Assembly: GCF_018350175.1 (NCBI RefSeq)
Contig: NC_058368.1
Location: 154,692,001-154,756,000 of the forward strand
Direction of reading: 5' to 3'
DNA from: Felis catus
Taxonomy: Eukaryota
Length of the DNA: 64,000 nucleotides
Within the stretch, counting starts at the first letter, position 1. Every line of letters begins with the position of its first letter. A model generated the notes under the pieces. It ran no database searches. It saw only the letters and a list, made by a program, of their open reading frames with translations, and was not told the origin of the DNA. Made by a program: the position numbers and the translations under genes. Below, in pieces: positions 1-12,707 of the stretch.

Positions 1-1367
1 TTTGCATATCTGGTGGGAGGATTTTGTTAAACAGAGAGATCTTGAGAGAGATTAAAATATTTTATTATTAAAGAGATATAACAGAAATCAATATGAAAAA
101 AAACATATCTACAGTGCATCATGCCCTGATAAAATTCATGTCTAATCGCTGAATTTTTGTAATCTGACAACCTTCTATAATTGCTGCCTTTGCTGTTTAA
201 AATGATCTATTTCTGAGGTTGATATCATCAAAGACATGCATACTATTGTGCAAGAAATTCAATGTAACTCATCATTAAAATCACCCCTAAGTCTGCTTTC
301 CACCCCTAACAAATTAATTCATAATACTTCAATTAATGCACAGTTCTCAGATTTGTGGGTTTTCCAATGCTATATATACATTTTTTTAAAAAAAGAATGT
401 CGGCTATTCCTCCAGAAGACACATAACTTCCCTTTGCTATTCATTTTGTACAGTGCTAATCATATCAATAATATTCCATATGTGAAAAGACAATTATTAT
501 AAACTGTTAATACCACAAAATGTCAGCTATTATCATATATTCAACTGGTGGATTCTGAATTTAGTCATCTTCTTTAATGGATTATAATTAACGAAGTATT
601 AAGTAGCCTGATTTTGATCATTTCAGGTTAAAACAAGACTCTAGACCTATCACATTTTAACTACCAATTTGGAATATGAAGATGTCTTTCATAAAGTCTG
701 GCAGCTTGTTTAAATTAATGAAATAAATTTTCATCATGTGATTTATGAACTCTAAACCATATTTTAGAGTTTCAGAACATGCTTTTCCTCTCCTAGAATT
801 TATTTCCTATGTTTATTTAAAGGATAAGAATTTTGGCACCAAGCTTAAAAGAAGAAATCTTACAAGGAGCATATGATCAGTAAGTACATTTATTTGAATC
901 TCTGCTTAATTTTTCAAAATATCTCTAAGAAGATAAATTGTTAACTTTTTCTGGCTATAATTTTTTTTTCTCAAGAAGGAATCTATGAAATAATGAAGGC
1001 TGAATTCATAGCTAGGCATATTACTGTATGGATGATTTTTCTAATAGAAATGCTCTTCTAGAAATTCTAAAATTAATTTATAATCCTTGAAGAAAGTCAA
1101 ATGTGGCATATTGAAAGTTTCTGCTGTATCATGCCTTTTTTCTTGATTAGAAACTACACTCAGCTGGCATTTTAAGATCTATTATTTTTTGTTTTGTTTT
1201 GTTTTTTAATGGTGGGAAGCCTTCTTTCAAAATCAGCCTTTGATAGTATTTGATTTTCTTAAATTGCATTCAGGCTACATCTGTCCAGTCTCTTTTTGAG
1301 GTCAGAATTTGCTTTTTATTTCAGAGCTGATAAGCTGGAGAATGTGACTGTGGCAGCACAGACCTAG

Positions 1368-1385
1368 GGCACCAGAGGGCAGACT
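1368..1385 (+). promoter_or_regulatory. CTCF-like motif
   Basis: GGCACCAGAGGGCAGACT resembles the CTCF core CCASYAGRKGGCRS, with GGCAGCAC about 8 nt upstream resembling the upstream module. Motif match only. Confidence 0.4.
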
Positions 1386-1913
1386 CTACAGAGACCTGGG
1401 AGGACGCTTTATGGATTGTGATGGAACCATAAGGGAGACCATAATAGCTCTCATTTTATGTATTAAGCCATATTTGCACAACAATTCCATTATAATACAA
1501 AGATAATCTTAAGAAGTAATTTTAAAACAGCAAATGTATAAATGCTGAGTCTCAAGTAAAAGAAAATAATTTTCCTAAGCCAAATGTCTTTTGTAAGAGA
1601 TTTCAATGGTCATTTGATTCTGTTTTAAAGATAATTTGACCTTATGATACACCCATTTCTTAAATGCATGTCTCCAATATAATTGTTTTCATTTGGAGTT
1701 GAAGTTAAAGAAAATAGCTAAATAATCCTTTGTAATTTGTTTTACTGCTTCGCAGTGCTTTTGTCTAACCAGAGGAAACTCTAAGCATACAATTATTAGT
1801 ATTAAAGTTGATATCTCCAAGAGTTCAATACCAACTTTATAAAACCAAAAAAAAAAAAATCATATACTGAAAATAATGGTGGCTTGGTTCCTCTTTACAA
1901 TATTAAAAATATA

Positions 1914-2136
1914 TTTCTTTTTTTTTTAATTTTAATGTTTATTTTTGAGAGAGAGAGAGAGAGACAGAGCACCAGTGAGAGAAGGGTAGAGACAGAGGGA
2001 GACACAGAATCCGAAGCAGGCTCCAGGCTCTGAGCTGTCAGCACAGAGCTTGATGCAGGACTCAAACCCATGAACCATGAGATCATGACCTGAGCTAAAG
2101 TCAGATGCTTAACCGACTGAACCACCCAGGTGCCCC
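1914..2136 (-). mobile_element. Can-SINE (feliform SINEC_Fc type), full length
   Basis: tRNA-derived head, (GA)n tract and poly-T tail on the + strand; TSD TAAAAATATA at 1904-1913 and 2137-2146. Confidence 0.95.
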
Positions 2137-3269
2137 TAAAAATATAAGTTTTGAAATACAGCTATTTAATCTAAGTCCACCCACCTGGGCCGTATGCAGT
2201 CTTTGAAAACAGAGGTGGTATTATCTCTATGTAGTGTAATAAAAATCAATAAATGTTTACTAAACTTAATGTACATGAATTTCTTTGATATTTTGACCAA
2301 CGTTGTACTAAAGATATAGTGTAAATAGCAACTTTCATTGTAAAATAATTTAGGAGTTTCTAGAAAAGATAAAATACCTAAAACATTATGTACTTTGTGA
2401 GACATGGCATTTAAAGAACACCTCTACAAAGCACAGAATTTATCTACTACACAGCAGCCCTATGCAGGAAGAATCAAATTAGCATTTTTGAGAAGCTGCT
2501 GTGGGCCAGACATCAGGCCAAGTGCTTTACGTATATTATCTCATTTATTACAACAATTTTGGGGATAAAGATTCAGGAACTTAGGTTAAGTAACACCCCC
2601 TCCCCCCAAGATAAGGTGAAAGTAGTACCTTTGTTGAAAAGTATTTCTGGAGTGCATGCTCTGTGCCCGTCACTGTACTAAACGCATCATAGGTTTCTGT
2701 GGACAAGATGCATGAGCTCCCTGCTATCTGGAAACATATGTTCTAGTAAGTACACATGTAGCTGGGTGTGTAAAAAAAAATACGCAATGTTCGTGAGAAG
2801 TATTATAAATAAAGATATGATTCAATAATCAAAAAACAAATTTGTCTCCAAGGTAATGCTGATTTTTCCACATAATTTTTGAACTTTTGACCTAAATGCA
2901 GATCTTTATATTTATTTCTCATTGTTTTAATCGTGTAAATTTTAGTCCCTTTTCCCCAGGTTTTAACTTCTTTTTAATTCCTGGTATTTTTATTCTCTGC
3001 AAAGCTGATGGGCACGCAGACCGCACCACTCCTGGTGCCCAGAGCCATGGCAAATCGTTTTCGATTTTGCCAGATTCACTTTATTTTTCAGAAATGCAGA
3101 CTGCTATTGCAACCCTCTCCCTAAAGAGACCTGACTTTTCAGTCCCAGTGGTTCCGCTGACCTTTGTTCCATACTGTCTTTACTTACTCCCTTCTCTCTG
3201 TTGCCCCTTGTTTGATCCTGTATCTTTTATCATAGAACCAATTTGATACTTGGGTGTCTCCATCTTCAA

Positions 3270-3485
3270 TATAATAGCTAACATCCATTAAGTGTCTACT
3301 ATGTGTATGTGCCAATCATTTATTCTGAATTTTCTTTACAATTACATCTCATGGAACTCTCCAATTTTTTTGTAAGGAAAAGTATTACTGTTACCATCAT
3401 TTTATAAATTAGGAAAATGAGGTGCAGAGAAGCCATGTCCCCAGAATTATACACTAGTAAGTGACAAAGCCAGGATTTAGAAGAA
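3270..3485 (-). mobile_element. MIR SINE relic
   Basis: Degenerate MIR core (cattttataaattaggaaaatgaggtgcagaga...agtaagtgacaaagccaggatt). Confidence 0.75.
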
Positions 3486-3574
3486 TGGAGGTCAGTGATT
3501 TTACTGGTAATTTCATGTTTCAGAGTCTTCTATAACACTGGAGCCATCTTCCATTTTAAAATGGATGGTCTTGG

Positions 3575-3816
3575 GGGGCACCTGGGTGGCTCAGTCAGTT
3601 AAGCCTCCGACTCTGGCTCAGCTCATGATCTCCTGGTTTACAGATTCGAGCCCCGTGTCGGGGTCTGTGTTGACAGCTCAGAGCCTGGAGCCTGCTTCGG
3701 ATTCTGTGTCTCCCTCTCTCTCTGCCCCTCCCCCCTCACATTTTCTCTCTCTCTCCTTCAAAAATAAACATAAAAAAATTAAAAAGTAAATAAAAATAAA
3801 CAAACAAATAAATAAA
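3575..3816 (+). mobile_element. Can-SINE (SINEC_Fc type), full length
   Basis: GGGGCACCTGGGTGGCTCAG head, CT tract, A-rich tail; 18-bp TSD TAAAATGGATGGTCTTGG at 3557-3574 and 3817-3834. Confidence 0.96.
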
Positions 3817-3862
3817 TAAAATGGATGGTCTTGGAATCAAGTCTCTTTTCTTTCAACATTTT

Positions 3863-4090
3863 AAAAATGTTTTTAATGTTTTTTTATTTTTGAGAGAGAA
3901 AGAGAGAGAGCATGAGAGGGGTAGGGACAGAGAGAAAGGGAGACACAGAATCTGAAGCAGGCTCCAGGCCCCAAAGTGAGAGCACAGAGCCCAACATGGG
4001 GCTCAAACTCCCAAACCATGAAATTATGACCTGAAATCATGACCTGAGCCAAAGCCAGATGCTTAACCCGCTGAGCCACCCAGGCGCCCC
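3863..4090 (-). mobile_element. Can-SINE (SINEC_Fc type), full length
   Basis: Ends in CAGGCGCCCC; TSD TCT(T/C)TCAACATTTT at 3849-3862 and 4091-4104; small internal ATGACCTGA duplication. Confidence 0.95.
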
Positions 4091-4249
4091 TCTCTCAACA
4101 TTTTTTAAATCTATTTCTCTAAAGTCTAGGGGCTAGGTTACATTATATTCAATGTTCCTTTCCATGTTTTCATAAATTCTAAGTTAATAATATCACACCC
4201 TCACAGGTTTGTAAACACCACTTTTCCAAAACCCGTTTCAATAGAAGGG

Positions 4250-4460
4250 AGCATGGAAGCACAGAAGGGCATCGGACATTGGCTGTACAGCCAGCCAATT
4301 GGATTCAAATCTATCTTTGCTATTCGCAAAGATAGATGTTTTTTGGGGTGATTTGCTTAATTTCTCTTAGATTTCAGTTTCTTTACCTTCTCATTGACGA
4401 GAGTATATGTCTTAGGGGGTTGTGGTGTGAATGAAAACAAGCAAAGTGGTTTTGGCACAC
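4250..4460 (+). mobile_element. MIR SINE relic
   Basis: ggattcaaatc...tgcttaatttctcttagatttcagtttc resembles the MIR core. Confidence 0.6.
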
Positions 4461-7400
4461 ACTTCACACTCCCTAATTTTGATTTTATTTTTATTAGGAT
4501 GAAGATTGAAGAGGCAATTCTTTTCAGTATTTCTTAAAAGTTTGAGAGAAAATTTTCCAAAAGTTAAGCCAAGTTGTGTCAGATGGTATGGTGCTGACTT
4601 TCTGACTTATCACAGTCTGCACAGTTGGCCATATATTTATTCATCCTTCATTCACTCATTTATTCAGCAAGCAATGCAGTAATTGAGCATTTATAACAAC
4701 TATTTATAAAGATTTCTAGAACTATCATACCACGCTCTGTGCTAACTAGCAGGATTTCAGTGGTATGTGAGAAATTTACATTCATATTATTGATATGATA
4801 AAAGGTATGAGAGAAGGAAGCAAAGGAATTAAGCTTATGTTATAACATTTTTATTATGACATCAATAGCCACATCTTCTCTTTTGCAAGGTGGTCTGTAC
4901 TCAACAGTGCTCTTCAATTTAGTTTCATCTATGAAGTTAAAAATTTTATCTAAACATCCCTCTAAGATCTCTTTTATCTCTGAAATGTTATGCTTCTAAA
5001 ATCATGTCATGTGGCTCTTCTCTCTTTTAATTCGTACTTAAATTCCATCAACTATATTTCCAGTCTAAGGTTCATGGAATTTACTGAAGGTAGAATGACT
5101 AATTTGTAATCTGTATCACTTTTTGCTCCTTCTATTAGGTCCAATTTGTACAAATGTGTACATAGTATCTGTTTTAAATCCTGTCCAATTTACCTGCAAG
5201 TTTAAGTTTTGTAAGAGATTGTCGGCTCTGTTTTTCTTAATGATTTCTGGGGACCTACTATTGCCCCTTTTCTTCTCTCTTTATTATTTCTATTTTTTTT
5301 TCTGGGCATTTCCCCCATATCTCTCAAATATTATTAAAGTAATAATTTCTGCCACAAATTACATTGGCCTGAATATGTCTGGAGAATAACCAAGAGCCGA
5401 ATGTTCAAGCTGTTGCAATGTGAGGAGCATTCAATATACACTTGAAACCACACTGGAGCCTCAGCCACGATATTCTTGGATAGAATCTCTAGAAAAAGCT
5501 AAGGAAGAACAACCTGACACACTGTTGTCTGTATAGAATAATATTTATATGAACAAAGGCAGACTCTTGGGGACCTGCCACCACAATACAGCATACATAT
5601 GACATACAGCAACTTCAAGTATGGGCCTTTTTTTAGCTTCCCATAACTCCAATATTCTGCTATTCTTTCCATCCATTGTATGTTGTCACATTTATTTATC
5701 ATCTGCCTCTTGCCCTGGTATGTAAATTCATGAAGAAAAAAAAAATAATTACTACTGTGCTTCCAGCACATTCCTTAAACACTCACTGAATGAATGCCAT
5801 GAAATGGTTAATATGTCACTGAAGATATAAGGAGATTAAAATGCTTGCATAGGTATTATATAATATATAAAGAGATACCTGTTAAAAGTGACATCATTTT
5901 GATATTTTTACAGCAAAGCAGTTTTACAATTATTGTACAATTTTTTAGAGTTAAAGTCATGATTTCCAAGTATGGCTCCAATTTTGAATACATCATTTTA
6001 CCTTGCAAAAAGAACTGTTGAGTATCATGGAAACTTTCTTGCTGTTTCTACAAAATAAGGAGTCAACTGTAGAATGAACACTGGGAAATCAAAGTTTTCT
6101 TTCATTCTAATCTTACAGCAAAGATATCATTCATGAAACAATTTTCTATGAGTGCCTACTATTTGCCAGACAGTGAGAAGGCGGCACTGTAGATGCAGAA
6201 AAGCAAGATATAACCACTACGCTTGAACATTTTCTGGCTTCCCAGGATGAGGAAATCTACAGTAGAGTCAGTATAGGAAGGGCTAGTATCTAAATAAAGC
6301 AAAGAATTAGGCTCCTAACAGAGAGAGGAGGAAAGGAGCAAGGGAGGACAAGGGTAACAAAGCAGGCCTCCAAATGGAGACAATTAATGATGTGAGTTCT
6401 TGTAAATGAAGACAAGTTACATAGGATGATCAAAATAATCACATTCCAACTTGTCCACAATAACTTGTTTACTGTGTGGACTAGCAATTTCCACTAATTA
6501 AAATTGATTCTAAGCAATCTGATTCACGTTTCATGGATGTGTTCTTTGCTCCTACACTAAAGAACAATCTGCAATTCGTGAGTTTTGTCTTAAATGTAAA
6601 TGCCAACAATACTCTTGTTTCTTATTCAGTTCAAATATTTCAGTAGCCCAATAAGAACAGTGAAGCACATTTTGAAGTCACTGGCCCCTGCAAATAAATG
6701 TCCCTTTTTATTTCCTTACTGAAGTCAAACTCTGAAAGGTGCCATCTATACTCCCTTGTGACCATTTTCTTTTAACTGTATCTAGACTGTTTCCTACTTA
6801 AACTACTTTCAAAACCACCACCTTTTTTTCTTTCTTTTGTTAAAGAGACCTGTGACAGTTTTCTCTCATCACCCCCGGATGGCTGCTGGTTAATCAAAGA
6901 ATACACAATTTCTTCTGAGAATAAATGAGCACAATTGATCAAAGTTTTCACCATAACTCATAAGAACCATTTTTATGCCTCTGCCAGGGCCCAGGACTGT
7001 GGATTCATTACAGAGACCTAACTAGTAAGTACTTAAGTTGATAAACTTTTCTAATGTATTTGTTAAAAAGAATACGCTTCAATCAACCATCATTTATTCT
7101 TTAATACCTAATCTCAATAACAAATTGTATCTTACTTGTTGTTACGTTAATGAGGGTAAATTCCAAGATCAAGAGTTTCAAGAGCTTAACAAGTACCTTT
7201 TTACTCCCAACAAACATTTAACTTAACCCGTCTCTAAATATTTACTAACTCCTTGACTAAATCACATCTATTCTAAACTTTCCAAAAATATGACTTTCTT
7301 TCTATTTCTATGAAACCACCCCTGCCTACCTTCAGGGCATGACCGAAGCTTACTTGGTAAAAGGTGCAGTGCCACTGAGACTCCCAACGACCGAGATCCA

Positions 7401-7558
7401 ATGCTTTTTCCTCCATTTTGTAGCCACATGATATTAAGTAAGCAACTTATTTTTCAACATTTCCTGGGTCTGAGATTTGGCAAATGAGAAAAGTAGATAT
7501 GATCATCTATAAGGTCCCTTATAGTTTGTATATTGTATAATCTTATTATAAGTCACTC

Positions 7559-7600
7559 CAAATTACCTACTTAAATTACCTACCAAATTACCTACTTACC
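7559..7600. repeat. Short tandem repeat, about 3 copies of AAATTACCTAC
   Basis: caaattacctacttaaattacctaccaaattacctacttacc read directly. Confidence 0.85.
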
Positions 7601-7852
7601 TCAGGGTTCTGTGTAGTTAACTTTATTTCATGCTTTTGGTTTTGTGATTTTTCCACAGTTTTTCTGTATTTGTTTTTCTATAACCACTTTGATACATAGG
7701 GGCCCCTTCATCTGTTCTTCACGACGCTACACAATCTTAGCAATTAAAAGTTACTCAAGCCAACTCATGACCTCCACCATGCTAGAAATTTTGATGTGAC
7801 TTTTGTACAACTAAATTTGAAGTATAAAAATTGCATAAAAGTCAGCTTTCCC

Positions 7853-8067
7853 GGGGCACCTGGGTGGCTCAGTCAGTTAAACATCCAACTTCAGCCCAGG
7901 CCATGATCCCTTGGTTCGTGAGTTTGGGCCCCGAGTCAGGCTCTGTGCTGACAGCTTGGAGCCTGGAGCCTGCTTTGGATTCTGTGTCTTCCTCTCTCTC
8001 TGCCCCCACACTTGGGGCTCGCTCTCTCTCTCTCTCAAAAATAAATCAACACTTAATTTTTTTTTTT
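7853..8067 (+). mobile_element. Can-SINE (SINEC_Fc type)
   Basis: Typical head and CT tract; TSD AAGTCAGCTTTCC at 7839-7851 and 8068-8080; tail ends in a T run. Confidence 0.95.
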
Positions 8068-9599
8068 AAGTCAGCTTTCCTGTTATATAGTATTATATTT
8101 ACTTTGTAATTCTACTTACTTTAGAATTTTACTGATGGTTTGAACTTTACCTAAACCAGTGACTTGGAGCAGCAACTAAACAACAACAACAAGGAGAGCA
8201 AAAATAAAGGTGGTAATATATTTGTGCTGGCTTCCAGTTAATCCTGTGTGTCTTATAATGCAATCTAGTATGAGACATGCGATAGATGGATATTCCTGTC
8301 AAACAACTATTCAGAGACAAATGTGTGTGATCTCAGTCCAGCTCAGAGCAGACTGTCCACCTGGAAAACCTGGTGGAAATGGTCATCCTATGAGTTGTCA
8401 GTCTGATCTAAGAAGTTCAAAACTAAATGGACTATGGAACGTATTAGGACTTTAAACCTTCAAAGGGACTCCTGTGGACCAAAGATAGGCCCTAGTCACC
8501 TGATCCTATCAGTTTACGAAAGAAGGGTGATTTTTTAAGACGACCCTTTAGTCAACTTTAAAAGAGAGCACTAAAATGAAATTTAGTAAAACACAGAAGC
8601 AAAAAAAAAAAAAAAAATGAAAATAGCCAAAATTTAGGATGGTCTAACATTTCAGGCCCTGCAGACATTATTCTTATGCTACATTAAATAATCTACTTAA
8701 AATGATCCAGTAAAGAGGAAAACAACAACAAAGTAAGGAATACTATTAAGGAATACTTTATTTTACTTTAGAAAATATCTTAATGTACTTCTTACACCAA
8801 AATATAATAATTCAACACCAAAACAAAATGTAAGTTGGGGTCTCACAGGATATATGTTTTATATGATTTGTAGGTACTTGATACATGCTTAGTGATAATG
8901 AGGATAATAGTGATCATTTGATCATGAATATTAAAATGGAACACTTTAAAAGGAAGTTCCTCTCTTGAGTTTGGGAGGTCATCTTTATTTATCACCACTT
9001 TTTAAGGTCTTAGTACTTTCATTAAAAAATGTATGTTAACTTATAACACAAGAATAAAATTAACCACGCATGTTTTTGAAATCACTTATATTAAGAAAAA
9101 TACTGCTTGAGGACTTACGTTATTCCCCAAAATTCAGACAATTAGTGCCAAAGCTAATTTGATGTCTTCATGTTATTTCCAACCTGAATTTTAAATGAAT
9201 TCTATGATCTATTCCAATTTATATCCTATCCTCTGAAACATACTTCGAAGCAATTACTTAAATAGTAGAATTCTTTAGGCCTTCTTTAAAAACGCTGGTG
9301 TATATTTGCTGACTAATTTTGTTCTGTTTAATTGAAAATTATGTACCATGATTAAAAACAAATAAACCTACTAAGTTTTAGTTTGGTAACCAACTGCGGA
9401 ATTTTAACCTCATGGGACTATTTCAGATTTTTGTTTTACTTTTTCCCTTCTTTTGTTTGATCTTTCCTTCTTTGTTTTCTCTTTCTCTTACTTTCAACTT
9501 CATGATAAATTCTGGATTATGTCTCACTGAAGTTTCAACACTAGATTTAATGAAGTGGCTGAACTTTTAACCTCTGAGACCAACATACTTTAAAACTAT

Positions 9600-9910
9600 C
9601 ACCAATATCCATTGTACTCCCCACCCCCACCCCCCGCCCTGCCGCCCAGTGGTTCTGTTCCAGATAGAGGAAGAATAAGCCGTGTAGAGTACAGGAGCTT
9701 GTTTACCCAAGCTCTTTTTCACAGCAAATCGAGGGGTTTTAATTCTTTAACTGGCCCTTCTCAAAATTCTTATATAAAAGAAAAAACAAACAAACAAACA
9801 AACAAACAAACATGCTGGAGGCTCCAACCCTCCATACTCCCCAATCCTGCTCCTCTGTTGGTAGTTGGTCTGCAAATAAAGAGCTCCTGGGTTGTCAGCT
9901 TTCAGTAAGA
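9600..9910. promoter_or_regulatory. Promoter-like motif cluster
   Basis: CCAAT 9602-9606, CACCC and two GC boxes 9619-9647, TGTTTAC 9700-9706, TATATAAAAG 9771-9780, donor-like CA|GTAAGA at 9905. No transcript evidence. Confidence 0.35.
9784..9811. repeat. (AAAC)n microsatellite
   Basis: About 7 units read directly. Confidence 0.9.
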
Positions 9911-11400
9911 AGTCCCTTATTTGTAACAAGGCTTCAAATTTCTCAACAGAAAGGATCACTTTTACTGGGTCATCTTATAGTTTCCAAAATCATCCTATCT
10001 CTTCAGCCTACATTCTGCCTGCAAGGCGCACAAAACAACACTTCCTAGAGTTCCAGAACCAAACAGTTGGGACGCTTTAAAAAGGAAAGAACATATTTCA
10101 AAATGTAGAATTCACGCATACCTTTTCCTCTTTGTGCTATTAAACACTTATAAATGTCACTCCAAGCTATGTCTGTCTAGAGGGAGCCCCAAACCGGGCA
10201 GTTCCCTTATTTGTTGGAGGAATAATCTGATGAGCACTGAACACTAGAGGGGGAGCTTACCCGTTCAGGAGAGAGAAAGCTTCGGACCCTTTGGGAAAGG
10301 ATCTAAGAGATACTAGAGCTACTGACTTAAACAAGTCAGCAAAGATCTGGTCAGCCATGGTTCAGAAGTCACAAGGTCAAGAATAGTAGATAGCCAATTT
10401 ATTGTCATTTTCCAAAAAGGCAGGGAATCATAAGTGGAACTGAGAAGTTGAGCGGCTCCACATGCTATAATATGGAATATTTTTAAAACCTCTCTGGAGG
10501 CAGTTTTAACATGAGGAGTAGGATTACAGAGGCTTTTTCCCCCTTTACCATGACTGTCTGTCATTTAAATGTCTAAGGAATGATGGGATGAATTATCATA
10601 AAATTTTGACAAATTTGATAGCTCAAGCAAAAGGGGGAAATAGGCATTCTGATCATTAGGTTCTAATAAGACATGACATTTAAAATGAGTTTACATGGCA
10701 GTTAGACCTTTGCTTTTTTTTTCCTCCTTGATTTAAAAACATTGAGATTCTTTTCTTTGGAAAGGAAATGGCTTTTTTCAGTTTGACTTCTTGGTAGTTT
10801 AATGATTATAAGTTCTATTTTACCTCTTCTATATTTTTATACCTTGTAACCATAATCTAAATCCGTTCCACAATTTGCCTGAAATTGAGAGAACTTAAAA
10901 TGTACCTTAAAAGCCAGCATAATATTTAAGTAGGAATATTTAGAATTTTAGAAGGAAAAAAACATAAGCAGCTCTTTCATTTGTTATTAGCTTGTTTTTT
11001 CTGTATCACCTTACGTACAACACGGTAGATAAGGCATACTGATTTTAAGAACAAATTGTATTTTACAAAAAGAAAACATTAAGAAGACATGAACCAAAGT
11101 ACTGAAAACCGAAATTGATTTCCTCTGATTCCAATCTCTACTCCTTTACCAACCAAATATCAAGTTCTCTTTGTAATAAACTATTCTCAATCCACATGAG
11201 CAACTTCTATCACGATGACGACATTATTTACTGAAGAGTGCCACTTTTTTAAAAGGGAGGGTCTAGGGGAGGGAGGGAGATGATTCAATCACAATTAGTC
11301 TGACCTCTGGAAACATCTTGAACTTTTAGTTGAAAACTAAACCAGTTTGGGACATTTTTAAATTACATGTCTATTAGTGCTACTAGAAAGCTGATATTTT

Positions 11401-11619
11401 GGGGGCCCTAGGTGGCTCAGTCGGTTAAGCTTGACTTCCACTCAGGTCATGATCTTGCAGCTGGTGGGTTCAAGCCCCATAGTCACCGTGCTGACAGCTC
11501 AAAGCCTGGAGCCTGCTTTGGATTCTGTGTCTCCCTCTCTTTCTGCTCCTTCTCAACTGGTGCTCTGTTTCTATCTCTCTCTCAAAAATAAATAAACATT
11601 AAAAAATGTAAATAAAAAA
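11401..11619 (+). mobile_element. Can-SINE (SINEC_Fc type)
   Basis: TSD AGAAAGCTGATATTT at 11385-11399 and 11620-11634. Confidence 0.95.
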
Positions 11620-12356
11620 AGAAAGCTGATATTTCTTTATAAAAAGTACAAAGAAACATAAAATGCTTTTAAAAACATTAGTTAAAATGAGTTTCATTTT
11701 GTCAGATTTCCACAAGTTAAAGTGGAAAGATGCACTTGTTCTCAGTAAGTAAACTCCGTGTAAATGTTGTAGTAAGGAATCAACACCTGACTTTTCCCAA
11801 GTTTGTATGATTTCATTCATACAAACAGAAGCAGTAGTGAAACATTTTGTATTTATATAATTAAATAATAGAGCGGAGGGAGCTTGAGTTGAGTATATTA
11901 ACTCTGTTTCTTTGTTTCCTGTGATAGAAACCAACTGTTGGGGTACTCAGTTAATTTTATCTTAAAGTTATTAGTCTGCCCTCTAATGTATCCTTGAGAT
12001 TCTACCTGCAGGTAATAGTGCAAACTGTGTAAGTGCCAATGCAGTAGACACATTTACCTGGAACTCAGAGGGCACAGTCGTGCAGTTATGCAATTTTGAG
12101 GGGAATATGAGCTGGTCGAGTAAATGTAGCTTCCCCCTTGTACTGTCGGAACCAGCACCATTTTGTTCACTCAAGATACATGTTTCGCTTATCATCTGTG
12201 CCCATCACAGAAAAAAGGATGTCATGTGTTAGAAAATGACAAGTCATATGTGAATATTAATTAAACTTTACTGAAACATTCCCATTCATCAAATCCATAA
12301 ACAATTAAGAGAAAGGGAACTGGGTCTGTGAGTAAACATAAAACACTCGGAAATTA

Positions 12357-12707
12357 CAGTCCACCCTTGAACAACACAGATGTGAATTGCGCGGATGCAC
12401 CTACATGTGGATTTTTTTTTCAGTAAGTATACACAGAGTACTGCAAATGTATTTTCTCTTCTTTATGATTTTCTCAGTAACACTGTCTTTTCTCTAGCTT
12501 ACTTTATTGCAATAATAGAGTATAGACCGCATATAATATACTAAATATGTGTTAATCAACCACTTATGTTATCATAAGGCTTCCAGTCAACAGTAAGCTA
12601 CTGATATTTAAGTTTTAGGGAGTCAAAAGGTATACATAACTTCTGACTATCTTGTGGGGGGCGGGGGCGGCGTTGCTGCACCTCCTGTGTTTGTTCAGCG
12701 TCAACTG
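12357..12707. mobile_element. Tigger2-derived MITE (TcMar-Tigger)
   Basis: TIRs CAGTCCACCCTTGAACAA and TTGTTCAGCGTCAACTG, each flanked by TA. Confidence 0.85.

Noticed and set aside
1895..2125. Recurrent ORFs with VAQSVK..LTAQSLEPASDSVSPSLS (also 3565, 7831, 55847 and related ORFs)
   Set aside because: They are translations of Can-SINE copies, not a protein family.
9424..9503. Lysine-rich minus-strand mini-ORF starting MKLKVRERENK
   Set aside because: Low-complexity purine tract, only 26 codons.
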